A stretch of 31,169 nucleotides of DNA, from the IMG/VR virus record IMGVR_UViG_3300027780_000044, positions 1 through 31,169 of that record; one strand, written 5' to 3'. This DNA is from a virus (Duplodnaviria > Caudoviricetes). Shown piece by piece: positions 17,349 to 25,773 of the stretch. The notes under the pieces are model-generated. The model saw only the letters and a list, made by a program, of their open reading frames with translations, searched no databases and was not told where the DNA came from. Both the position numbers and the translations under genes were made by a program. How positions within the stretch are numbered: the stretch's first letter is position 1; each line of letters begins with the position of its first letter.

Positions 17349-18713
17349 TTACGTCGAGATTATATTTGTACTATTACCATTAGCAGTTGATATAGCCTGC
17401 TGACGTTGACCTGCTTTTTGTATACTTGACAACGCGGCGTATGCTGTATTTATAGCGTCAGGAGTTGGAACTCCGCCATTATTGATGTGGTTTTTCTTAA
17501 ATGCTCCAGCTTTAGCTAACGAGTCTGCCGCGCCTGCATTACTAGTCAAGAAGTTTGTAACACTAGATAAAGGGTTACCAATTTTGCCAGTGGCCATTCC
17601 TGCAAACGCTGTTAATCCTGCAACTGTTGCTACAGTACTACCTAGTCCGCCAAAGCCACTTGACTTAGGAAATGCAAGGTTTGCTACTCCACTAACATCA
17701 ATGCCTGCGGCTTTACCAATTTGATCTTTAAGAATTCCAAACCCTTCTTGTTTTAATCCATCTCTACCTAAGGCTTTAGCATTTTGTGTAATGCTAGTTG
17801 CTTTTAATACTGTTCCTAAGAAACTTGCAGGACTGCTAAATGCCGCGCCACTACTAATGTCTCCAAATATACTAGACGCACCTTCTGCAATTCCGCCAAC
17901 GCCAAACACACTCGATGTTCCGCCACCTGCTAATGAATTAGGACTTGGTGTTTGGTCATAATGTCCACTAGCACTACCAAACGACTTAGGTGAAATACCA
18001 TCTTTAACTGGACCTCTTGAATACCAAACTGTGTCGTATTGTAATGTCATTGAGTTTTGTACACTATCACTCGAACTGTTGTCCATAGTATCGTGTTCCC
18101 AACCACTAATAATAGGATTAACTAATGTGAAACAGGTATATCTTTTTCTTGACATTTGATAAATTTGAATACTTTCAAAAAAGTTTTTAAAACTATCGTT
18201 ATCCATGCCGTATCTAAACTTATTTGCTTCTTCTGTTCCTAGCCAGTTGCCTCTATTATATGCCGCATTTGATGTATTAGGATTATTACTGCCGTCTACA
18301 CTTGCATAGTTTCCATCTTTAAAATAATATCTGTAATATGCTTCCCACAAAGCAGTAGTCTGCCCGTAGTTGTCATCATGGAATGTAACATTGATTGGAT
18401 CGTAATCTAATCGTGTTTGTAAATTTCGTTTTCTATTGTACTGATGCTTTAGTGTAGTTGCAATTTGATACTTTGGTAAGTCAACTTGCTTAACAAGCAT
18501 ATTAATTTCTTGTGTTTTTAGTTGCGGGATTAATTGTACTGCATCTGCATTTAAGTTAAAACTTACATGATACAGAAACTTTGACTTAGGAGTTAACCTA
18601 TGTGCATCATCAACATATAATCTAGCGGCATGTGCCGCGTCTGCTAAGTTACCTTTGGGGCTTAATGCACCCGTTAGTAAGTTGTCTAAAAATCCGTTAA
18701 GTCTATTCGCCAT
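17349..18713 (-). CDS. tail-tube-like baseplate/tube junction protein (gp54/gp48-like) with Gly/Ser/Ala-rich tail
   Basis: LVKQVDLPK, YDPINVTFHDD, MTLQYD echo the tube fold; follows gp19; late box at 18733-18738 and AGGAG SD. Confidence 0.6.
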   Translation of the reverse strand: MANRLNGFLDNLLTGALSPKGNLADAAHAARLYVDDAHRLTPKSKFLYHVSFNLNADAVQLIPQLKTQEINMLVKQVDLPKYQIATTLKHQYNRKRNLQTRLDYDPINVTFHDDNYGQTTALWEAYYRYYFKDGNYASVDGSNNPNTSNAAYNRGNWLGTEEANKFRYGMDNDSFKNFFESIQIYQMSRKRYTCFTLVNPIISGWEHDTMDNSSSDSVQNSMTLQYDTVWYSRGPVKDGISPKSFGSASGHYDQTPSPNSLAGGGTSSVFGVGGIAEGASSIFGDISSGAAFSSPASFLGTVLKATSITQNAKALGRDGLKQEGFGILKDQIGKAAGIDVSGVANLAFPKSSGFGGLGSTVATVAGLTAFAGMATGKIGNPLSSVTNFLTSNAGAADSLAKAGAFKKNHINNGGVPTPDAINTAYAALSSIQKAGQRQQAISTANGNSTNIIST

Positions 18714-18762
18714 ACTTAATCTCCTATGCTAATATTTATCCAATGTAATTAAGTGCATAGAT

Positions 18763-18797
18763 AAAAAAAAGGATGCCTAATTAAAGACACCCTTTTT
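18763..18797 (-). terminator. intrinsic terminator after the tail tube gene
   Basis: GGGTGTCT-N6-AGGCATCC (with G:U pairs) followed by T8. Confidence 0.75.
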
Positions 18798-18824
18798 ATA
18801 TACTTCAGGAAATATTAGTTGTTA

Positions 18825-19454
18825 TTAACTAGCGCCGCCGCCAGTAATAGCTGTGTTAACTGTACGTCCTACTGCTGTTCCAATTCCTGTACCTTGTGGG
18901 CTTTGGATAGCATTGTCATATCTGATTGCTAGTGCAACAGTAACTGGATCGTTAGTAGAGTAAGACAAGCTGTTATAGTTTGCTGACTCTAAGTAACAGC
19001 CATACAATTCAAATGTCTCTAGTACACTTGCTGTATTAGCACCGTTACCACCGTCTAGTATTTCAATTCTAGTAACAAATTTGTAATCGCTACCTGACGC
19101 CGCCGAACTTTGTTCGAAGAAGTCGAATTGTTTCTGTAGTTGCTCGCCTACAAGTTTCTGTACATTGTTACTAACATCTTCACGTAAGTTAAGTGTAATT
19201 GGTTCCCAAGTGTGTTTACCTGCTAGGTATACACGTGAGTTATACACGTCTACTGTGATTTGTTCGAAACTAACGTTAGGTCTTGTTACGTCTACAACCT
19301 GTTTTGTAAGTTCTGTTGTTGGTGTTGATACTCCAAAATTTTCAAGACTCACTCTAAAGCGGTATTGTAGTTTCGGCATCAACAAACCTTGGTTACTAGC
19401 GGATGAGCTAGAATCCAAAGGTACTGTAATTTTGCTTAGTGTTGAAATTGCCAT
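18825..19454 (-). CDS. gp19: tail tube protein (gp19-like)
   Basis: PKLQYRFRV, VTRPNVSF, YLAGKHTWEPITL, LYGC, IRYDNA; directly after the sheath; late box at 19477-19482. Confidence 0.88.
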   Translation of the reverse strand: MAISTLSKITVPLDSSSSASNQGLLMPKLQYRFRVSLENFGVSTPTTELTKQVVDVTRPNVSFEQITVDVYNSRVYLAGKHTWEPITLNLREDVSNNVQKLVGEQLQKQFDFFEQSSAASGSDYKFVTRIEILDGGNGANTASVLETFELYGCYLESANYNSLSYSTNDPVTVALAIRYDNAIQSPQGTGIGTAVGRTVNTAITGGGAS

Positions 19455-19487
19455 TATAATATCTCCTGCTTATAAGTATTTATCATA

Positions 19488-22400
19488 TTAGAGTCCTGCT
19501 ATTTCACCAGTGTTTTTAAGTCTCAATGGAATGTAAATAAACTCCACTGCTTTCACTGGTTCAATTGCTATATCCAAGTAAAGTTCATTTCTATCAATCC
19601 TTGTTGGCGTGTTATTACTTTCGTCACACACAACTAAGAAGTCATATAATGCTCTTTGCCCAACTAGTTCTAATAGTAAACTATCTGCTTGTGCTTTAAT
19701 CTCATCACGTGTAATCTTATCATTTGGCTCAAAGATATAAGGCTTAGCAAGTTTGTTAAATTGTGAACGTAAGTAAATCACTAGTCTTGCAACGTTGATT
19801 CTGTCTAAAGCACTAGCATTCTTAGCTCTTGTCTTTTGACCAAAGTTAACAAGTCCTGCGCCACTTAAGAACGTTACAGGGTTAATAGCATTACTGTATA
19901 ATGTATCACGCTGTCCTTCGTTAAGTGCTACACTCTGGAATTCACCTTCGCTAGTAATGTAACCTGCACTTGATGCGTTAGTAATTCCACCACGTCTTGT
20001 TCCTGCTGGAGCAAACCATGGAAAGCTAACTTGATCGCTTAGTGCCATTGTGCGTAAGATACCATGTGAAGCTGGAACAACTACGTTGTTACCTGCGTTA
20101 TCACTTGTGAATAAACTTGGATAAAACACACCTAAGTATTCATCATATGTAACTAATCCATCATCGTTATCTTCTACTGCAAGGTTTACGTTAGTTGCAT
20201 ACTCGTTTAATGAAGTTGCATCTGGTGTTAATCTAAATGGTAAGTCACCTACAACAAACGCACTAATGCCTCTATCATAGTTAAGTGTTTTCATTTCACC
20301 AATTAGCTCTGAGTAACCTGGGCAAGCCATTAAGTTAAAGATTCTTGAATTATCATCTCTAATATCAGCATTGCTGTTAACCATTGCTTGTAACGCTTGT
20401 ACTACAACTTTACGTTGAGCTTTACGTCCAAAGCTACCTGCACCATTTGCTTGGTTAGCTGATTCAGTAACCCATCTGTTAGTAGCATATGCACTCATTG
20501 ACTCGTCATTGTTAAATCTAATGTTAAGTCCTGTAGTATCAATATAGTTACGTACATATTTCTTAACGTTAAATCCTGAACGTCTTGTGTTCCATATCAA
20601 CATACCTTTTGGATATAGTGCTGGGTCTGGAGCATCAAAGTCAATAAAGTTGCTTACTAGTAATTCAGCAATAGTTCCTGCTGTATCACCACTTGTACCT
20701 GCTTTTCCGTAACGTGCATCTGCAAACAAAATTCCGTCTTCAGTAGTTTGATCACCTGTATCAAGTGCAACCCACTTTAATGAAACTCCGTTGTATTTGT
20801 AAATTTTCGGATAGTTTTCTAAGTCTGCTGTTGAAATCCAAATATCGCCAGTTTTAAGATCAGTTGTATCTGATTGCTTAGTTGGCTCACTTGCAGAAAC
20901 AATTGGACCAGCTGGGTCTGTTTTGTCTGCCGCGTTAGCGTTAAAGACTGGACTTGTTGAATCTGCATAACCTACCCATGTAGTACCGTTGTTGATCATA
21001 ATATCAACTTCGTCTACAACACTATTGTACCATAATGCACCATCAGTTGTTAATGCTGTTGGAGCAAGTGTACTTGGTGTGTAAGTTAAGTATTTCCAGT
21101 TACTAGCAACCCAATCATAAGCATTGCCTGTTGCATCTGTATACAAGTTAGGTGTTGCTAATGCCGCATTTGAGCCGTTGTAAGCTACAAATCCTGCTAA
21201 AGCTAAACCATCGTTAGTATCTGTAATGTGAACATCGCCACCGTCATTGTGTTCAATAACAATTCTGTTACTTGCATCAACACTTGCTATTACGTTATTA
21301 AATCCGCCGGAGTTAATTGCTCCTGCAATAACGTCTGCATCAGTTGCCGCGCCTGTAGTTGTTACACTAATAGTAGTCGCCGCACTTAGTACTGCACTTG
21401 CTGGAGTTGTTTCTGCAATATTAAATGCATAAGTTCCTGCTGTCATCTGTGCCGCAATAATGTCTGAAGTAATTTTAGTATTACCAGTTGCTTGACGTCT
21501 GTGAATCTTAAAGTCACCAATTGGATTAGCCGCTTCATCATTATTAGTTTTGATGTAAACAGTTCCTACTGGTAAGTTTTTACCGCCACCTGACTTATCT
21601 AAACCGTATAATGCCGCTTCTGGAGTTGCATACATTGGAGCACTTTTAGTTTCCCATAAGCTAGTTGTAGCATTCCATGCTTTAACTTTCCAATTAGCAC
21701 CCAAGTTAGGCTGTGTAGTTTTAACCCAAATACTTCCTGTTGGACGTGGGCTAGTGTCAGTTGACTTGTACTCTGGAACACTAGTATGCGGAGCAATACT
21801 TAACGCTGGCGCTTTAAATGTTGCCGCTGTTAAGCCAATCTCTGCTAATAGTGTCGAAGCGTTAGTTGCTAATACAATGTCTACGCCTGTTGAGTAAATC
21901 TCTAATTTGTTATTAACTACTGCTGATGTAACACCTGCAATACCTGCTGATCCAATAGCTGTTACAATGTCACTTAGACCTGTTCCAGCACTTGTTACCA
22001 CAGTACTGTTAATACTCATTGTAGCGCCACTTGTTACAGTTGCGTTGGAAATTGTACCTGTTACGGTTGCCCAACTGCTGATCCAAGCTGTAGATCCTGC
22101 TTGTACCCAAGTACCACCTGCTTTCTTATAATAAAGTTTGTTAAGTGTAGTAGTTGCAACAATAGCGTAGTCACCAATAGCACCAACAGAAGTTTTTGGT
22201 ACACCGCCTGTTACTTTAGTAGCGTCTGTAATTACTGTTGGAACTTTGTTAGCAAAGCTCTGTCCACCAGTAACAGTTCCTGCCGCCCCGTTCCATTGAA
22301 AAATACCAAACACGCTGTTTGCTGTATCGAACCAATATGTGCCATCTGCTGGACTAGCCGCTGGTGCTGTCGCAGAAGCCATTAGCTCTGATGTGTTTAG

Positions 22401-22739
22401 TGTTGCTCTTGTAATGTAAGCTCTATTTGCCACACCAAGGTATGAGTAAGCCGCTTGTAGGCCATATTCATTTAACTCATTACCATGTAATGCGTTGTTG
22501 TTGGTATCCGTATAAAATGACGGATCTCCAAATAAGTCTGTTAATTCTCTTTGCGAGGTAACCAAATAAGGTTTCCCTGCATTTGTTGCGAGCGTTCCCG
22601 CCGCAGTTCCTGTGCCTGCACCGTTCTTTTTATCTTGTGCAGAAACAACAAAAATCATTGGTACTGTACCTGGTTCAGCTGGTGTATAGAAACTTTCGTC
22701 TATAACGCTGACCTGTACTCCTGGTGATACTAAAGCCAT
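19488..22739 (-). CDS. gp18: contractile tail sheath protein (gp18-like), 1083 aa
   Basis: LVSPGVQV, LFGDP, PWFAPAGTRRG, RINVARL, FEPND, CDESNNT, PVKAVEFI. Confidence 0.96.
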   Translation of the reverse strand: MALVSPGVQVSVIDESFYTPAEPGTVPMIFVVSAQDKKNGAGTGTAAGTLATNAGKPYLVTSQRELTDLFGDPSFYTDTNNNALHGNELNEYGLQAAYSYLGVANRAYITRATLNTSELMASATAPAASPADGTYWFDTANSVFGIFQWNGAAGTVTGGQSFANKVPTVITDATKVTGGVPKTSVGAIGDYAIVATTTLNKLYYKKAGGTWVQAGSTAWISSWATVTGTISNATVTSGATMSINSTVVTSAGTGLSDIVTAIGSAGIAGVTSAVVNNKLEIYSTGVDIVLATNASTLLAEIGLTAATFKAPALSIAPHTSVPEYKSTDTSPRPTGSIWVKTTQPNLGANWKVKAWNATTSLWETKSAPMYATPEAALYGLDKSGGGKNLPVGTVYIKTNNDEAANPIGDFKIHRRQATGNTKITSDIIAAQMTAGTYAFNIAETTPASAVLSAATTISVTTTGAATDADVIAGAINSGGFNNVIASVDASNRIVIEHNDGGDVHITDTNDGLALAGFVAYNGSNAALATPNLYTDATGNAYDWVASNWKYLTYTPSTLAPTALTTDGALWYNSVVDEVDIMINNGTTWVGYADSTSPVFNANAADKTDPAGPIVSASEPTKQSDTTDLKTGDIWISTADLENYPKIYKYNGVSLKWVALDTGDQTTEDGILFADARYGKAGTSGDTAGTIAELLVSNFIDFDAPDPALYPKGMLIWNTRRSGFNVKKYVRNYIDTTGLNIRFNNDESMSAYATNRWVTESANQANGAGSFGRKAQRKVVVQALQAMVNSNADIRDDNSRIFNLMACPGYSELIGEMKTLNYDRGISAFVVGDLPFRLTPDATSLNEYATNVNLAVEDNDDGLVTYDEYLGVFYPSLFTSDNAGNNVVVPASHGILRTMALSDQVSFPWFAPAGTRRGGITNASSAGYITSEGEFQSVALNEGQRDTLYSNAINPVTFLSGAGLVNFGQKTRAKNASALDRINVARLVIYLRSQFNKLAKPYIFEPNDKITRDEIKAQADSLLLELVGQRALYDFLVVCDESNNTPTRIDRNELYLDIAIEPVKAVEFIYIPLRLKNTGEIAGL

Positions 22740-22773
22740 TTTGTTTTCTCCTGTTGATATAGCATGTTACTAT

Positions 22774-22844
22774 TATTTAGCCATGTTTGCCAAAATGCAT
22801 GGTTTATATGCGGTGAAAAAGGGGTCGAAAAGGGGAGCTAAATA
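22774..22844. promoter_or_regulatory. divergent late boxes (sheath on minus, HNH-like on plus)
   Basis: TAAATA at 22774-22779 (-) and 22839-22844 (+), both preceded by C. Confidence 0.65.
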
Positions 22845-22849
22845 AAAGT

Positions 22850-23188
22850 ATGAGACCTTTATGCATATGTGGCGTTAAACCGGTAGCAATTAACTACTAC
22901 AAAAAGGGAAAGCCTTTCTATAGAAGTAAATGCGAGTCATGCACGAAAAACGGTAAGCCAACCAATGGAATACCTAAGTGGAAGCAGGCAGGATACCAAA
23001 AGAAAAATATTTGTGACAAGTGTGGATACACTAGCAAACACAAAGAACAGTTTTCAGTTTATTATATTGATGGTGATCTTAACAATGTAAGGTTTGGCAA
23101 CTTAAAGACAATATGTGCCAATTGTACTAAGATTATCTACAAGGAAGGCTTTAGATGGAAGCAAGGTGACTTGCTACCTGACTTCTAA
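22850..23188 (+). CDS. Cys-rich HNH-like protein with degenerate active site
   Basis: CxC, CxxC three times; VYYIDGDLNN...NLKTICANCT in place of VHHIDG..NN...NL..LC.NCH. Confidence 0.7.
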   Translation: MRPLCICGVKPVAINYYKKGKPFYRSKCESCTKNGKPTNGIPKWKQAGYQKKNICDKCGYTSKHKEQFSVYYIDGDLNNVRFGNLKTICANCTKIIYKEGFRWKQGDLLPDF

Positions 23189-23744
23189 GTTCTTCAATAG
23201 TACTGTTGTTTTCTAATATCTGTGAAAATTTAGTATGTGCCCATGCCCATTCACTTGGGTGTACATCAGTTGGTTCAGTATTAAACTCAAGATACTCAGT
23301 AAACCACTTAGGATCTTCACCACGCTTAACACGCCAAACATGCCCACCAACTTCGTGTAACATTTTTGCTTCATTAGGAAAACGTGTATCAGGTAATATC
23401 CAATTCTTGTTAGGATTGTCTAATAGTGTTTGTTTGACTAAGCTAACCCAAATACCATCATAGAATCCAGAACGCATACATTCTGTACCAAATTCTTGTA
23501 ATACTAGTCTAGGAGTAATCGTTCTGCCTGTTTCTTTAGTCCAAAACTCGTTTACTTGCTCTCGCCATTGCCTCGACTCTTCTGTCTTTCCGTCAAGCAT
23601 TTCGCGATCCCACCCAAACATAACGCCTACGCTATCTTTAAGTTTGTCTGCAAATGATATTTTTTGAAAATTATGTTCGCTAATTAAGTAATCAGCAATG
23701 GTATCTTTACCACTTCCTATTAAACCACATACACCGATAATCAC
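23151..23744 (-). CDS. gp1: deoxynucleoside monophosphate kinase (T4 gp1-like)
   Basis: GLIGSGKDT P-loop, SFADKLK, TPRLVLQEFGTE, DTRFPNE, HPSE; GTG start after GAGGAG. Confidence 0.93.
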   Translation of the reverse strand: MIIGVCGLIGSGKDTIADYLISEHNFQKISFADKLKDSVGVMFGWDREMLDGKTEESRQWREQVNEFWTKETGRTITPRLVLQEFGTECMRSGFYDGIWVSLVKQTLLDNPNKNWILPDTRFPNEAKMLHEVGGHVWRVKRGEDPKWFTEYLEFNTEPTDVHPSEWAWAHTKFSQILENNSTIEELRSQVASHLASI

Positions 23745-23772
23745 AGATTGACTCCTCATAAACAATAAAACT

Positions 23773-23801
23773 ATTATATAGTAAATTTATGCTGATGTCA
23801 A
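23773..23801 (-). promoter_or_regulatory. consensus sigma70 promoter for dNMP kinase
   Basis: TTGACA-N17-TATAAT. Confidence 0.9.
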
Positions 23802-23808
23802 GTGTTAG

Positions 23809-24567
23809 TTAGCCAATACTGAATCCGTAGCCTACGCCGCCAGCAATTTGTAATACAAGTTCTTGTTCTAACTTTTCCATTTCAGCTTGTGCTTCAGCTT
23901 TGAGTGCGTCTCCGTTTAGTGTCGATCCGCCTTGTGGTCCTGCAATAGTAGCAAATTTAGAACGTGCTTCGCCTAACATATACTTACAAACTGCAAGGGT
24001 ATAATCCTTAATCCATATTTTGCCTAGATAGTCGTTTAGTAATTCACTATCTGGTCTGTGATTGTACACATACATTAATAATGTTTCTTCTGCTCTAGGT
24101 CTTTGTAAAACTGTTAATTTTTTAGTTGTAGTATTCCAATTAAATTCGATAAACGAACCAAACATTCTTCCTACTAATTCTTGATACTGTGAAAACATAT
24201 CATACGTTGCTAATCCACCCATGTTACTACTTGATAATAGGTAAGTGTTTGTGTATGCCATGTTGAATGGTTCAAACTGTGTACCGCCATCACCACCTCC
24301 ACTACGTGATCCAATTGAACGTCTAAATAATTTTCTTACTTCTACTACTTCGTTAGGTAGAATGTATTCGTTCTGATCAATAATAGTAGGCATAAACAAG
24401 TATGACTCTTCAACACTATTATCACTACGTTGTCTAAATTTCCCTAAGGATTTTTGCAAAGCAGTTTCGTAGTGTATAGGATCGAGTTCAACATCAACCA
24501 TGCCACCGCCTAACATCGCAGTTACATAATCGAATACTTCTTGTTTTTGTGTGCTTAAATCGGCCAT
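23809..24567 (-). CDS. gp13: neck protein (T4 gp13-like)
   Basis: LGGGMVDVEL, WIKDYTLA, KFATIAGPQGGSTLNG, AEMEKLE. Confidence 0.85.
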   Translation of the reverse strand: MADLSTQKQEVFDYVTAMLGGGMVDVELDPIHYETALQKSLGKFRQRSDNSVEESYLFMPTIIDQNEYILPNEVVEVRKLFRRSIGSRSGGGDGGTQFEPFNMAYTNTYLLSSSNMGGLATYDMFSQYQELVGRMFGSFIEFNWNTTTKKLTVLQRPRAEETLLMYVYNHRPDSELLNDYLGKIWIKDYTLAVCKYMLGEARSKFATIAGPQGGSTLNGDALKAEAQAEMEKLEQELVLQIAGGVGYGFSIG

Positions 24568-24584
24568 ATGTCTTGTTCTCCTAT

Positions 24585-24609
24585 AGTATTTATGCTAACG
24601 ATAAATACT
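24585..24609. promoter_or_regulatory. back-to-back late promoter pair forming an inverted repeat
   Basis: AGTATTTAT-GCTAACG-ATAAATACT. Confidence 0.75.
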
Positions 24610-24615
24610 TATACT

Positions 24616-25773
24616 ATGCCAAGACTAAGTTTATATAAACCCGAAAGAGGGGCCGACTACACGTTCTTAGACAAGACGATCACCGAGATGTTTACGATTG
24701 GTGGTACCGATGTCTTTGTACACAAGTATTTAGGTCCAAACAATCCTGATGAAGCAGATGCTACTCCATCACAGCCTCGCTATGATGCAGTAAAAGAAAC
24801 TAATATTCAAGATATGTTGTTCCTCGAAAACCGGGATAGAAAATACGACCCTGATGTTTACGTTATGCGTGGTATTTACAGCGTTCAAGACATTGACTTT
24901 GATATGAGTCAGTTTGGATTATTCTTACAAAATGATACATTGTTTATGACAATACCTATCAACTATAGTGTTAAGACACTAGGGCGTAAGATAATGCCAG
25001 GAGATGTTATTGAACTTCCTCACTTAAAAGACGAGTATGCACTTAACGATTATAGTGTTGCACTAAAACGTTTTTATGTTGTAGAGGACGTGAATAGAGC
25101 CGCAGAAGGATTTACCCAAACGTGGTATCCACACTTATACAGGATTAAACTCAAACAAATTGTTGATAGTCAAGAGTTCAAAGAAATACTTGATTTACCA
25201 TCTGAAGAAGGTAGTACAAATACTTTGCGTGATGTGCTTAGTACGTACGAACAGGAAATGCAAATTAATAATGCAGTTCTTGCTCAAGCAGAAGCAGATG
25301 CACCTAGTGCAGGCTTTGACACTACGCACTTGTATACACTAGCTGTAGACGAAAATGGTAAACCGGACTTACAAACAACAGACATGAATGATCTTGATGC
25401 TAGTTCGCAAGAATTGTTAGCTGATAGAATCAATCAAACACCATCACGTAGCGGATATCAAGGATATTTACTTGGTGACGGTATACCACCTAATGGTGAA
25501 GCATTTGGACACGGTGCTGGCTTTCCTACAACTGCAATCGAAGGAGACTTTTTCTTGCGTACAGACTTTATGCCAAACAGATTATTTAGAAATGACGGCA
25601 AGCGTTGGGTTAAACAAGAAGATAATGTACGCATGTCATTAAGTAATACTGATACTAAGGCTACACAAAAAGGTAAATTTATTAACAACACTACAACTAA
25701 TCAAATTGGTGGTGAAACTGTTGTCGAAAGACAGCCGTTGAGTAAAGCACTCAAACCTAGGGCAGACAACTAA
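24616..25773 (+). CDS. neck protein (gp14-like) with C-terminal extension
   Basis: GTDVFV, MSQFGL, MPGDVIELP pattern; precedes gp15; start MPRLSLY downstream of the late box. Confidence 0.65.
   Translation: MPRLSLYKPERGADYTFLDKTITEMFTIGGTDVFVHKYLGPNNPDEADATPSQPRYDAVKETNIQDMLFLENRDRKYDPDVYVMRGIYSVQDIDFDMSQFGLFLQNDTLFMTIPINYSVKTLGRKIMPGDVIELPHLKDEYALNDYSVALKRFYVVEDVNRAAEGFTQTWYPHLYRIKLKQIVDSQEFKEILDLPSEEGSTNTLRDVLSTYEQEMQINNAVLAQAEADAPSAGFDTTHLYTLAVDENGKPDLQTTDMNDLDASSQELLADRINQTPSRSGYQGYLLGDGIPPNGEAFGHGAGFPTTAIEGDFFLRTDFMPNRLFRNDGKRWVKQEDNVRMSLSNTDTKATQKGKFINNTTTNQIGGETVVERQPLSKALKPRADN

Noticed and set aside
22850-23188. Active homing endonuclease or mobile intron
   Set aside because: Catalytic His residues are missing and flanking genes are uninterrupted
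24568-24615. Upstream ATG (24568) as the gp14 start, and similar longest-ORF starts at 3014, 3937, 15387, 15964, 23765, 29917
   Set aside because: They fall upstream of or within promoter boxes or deep inside neighbouring genes; downstream starts have SD or stop-start coupling
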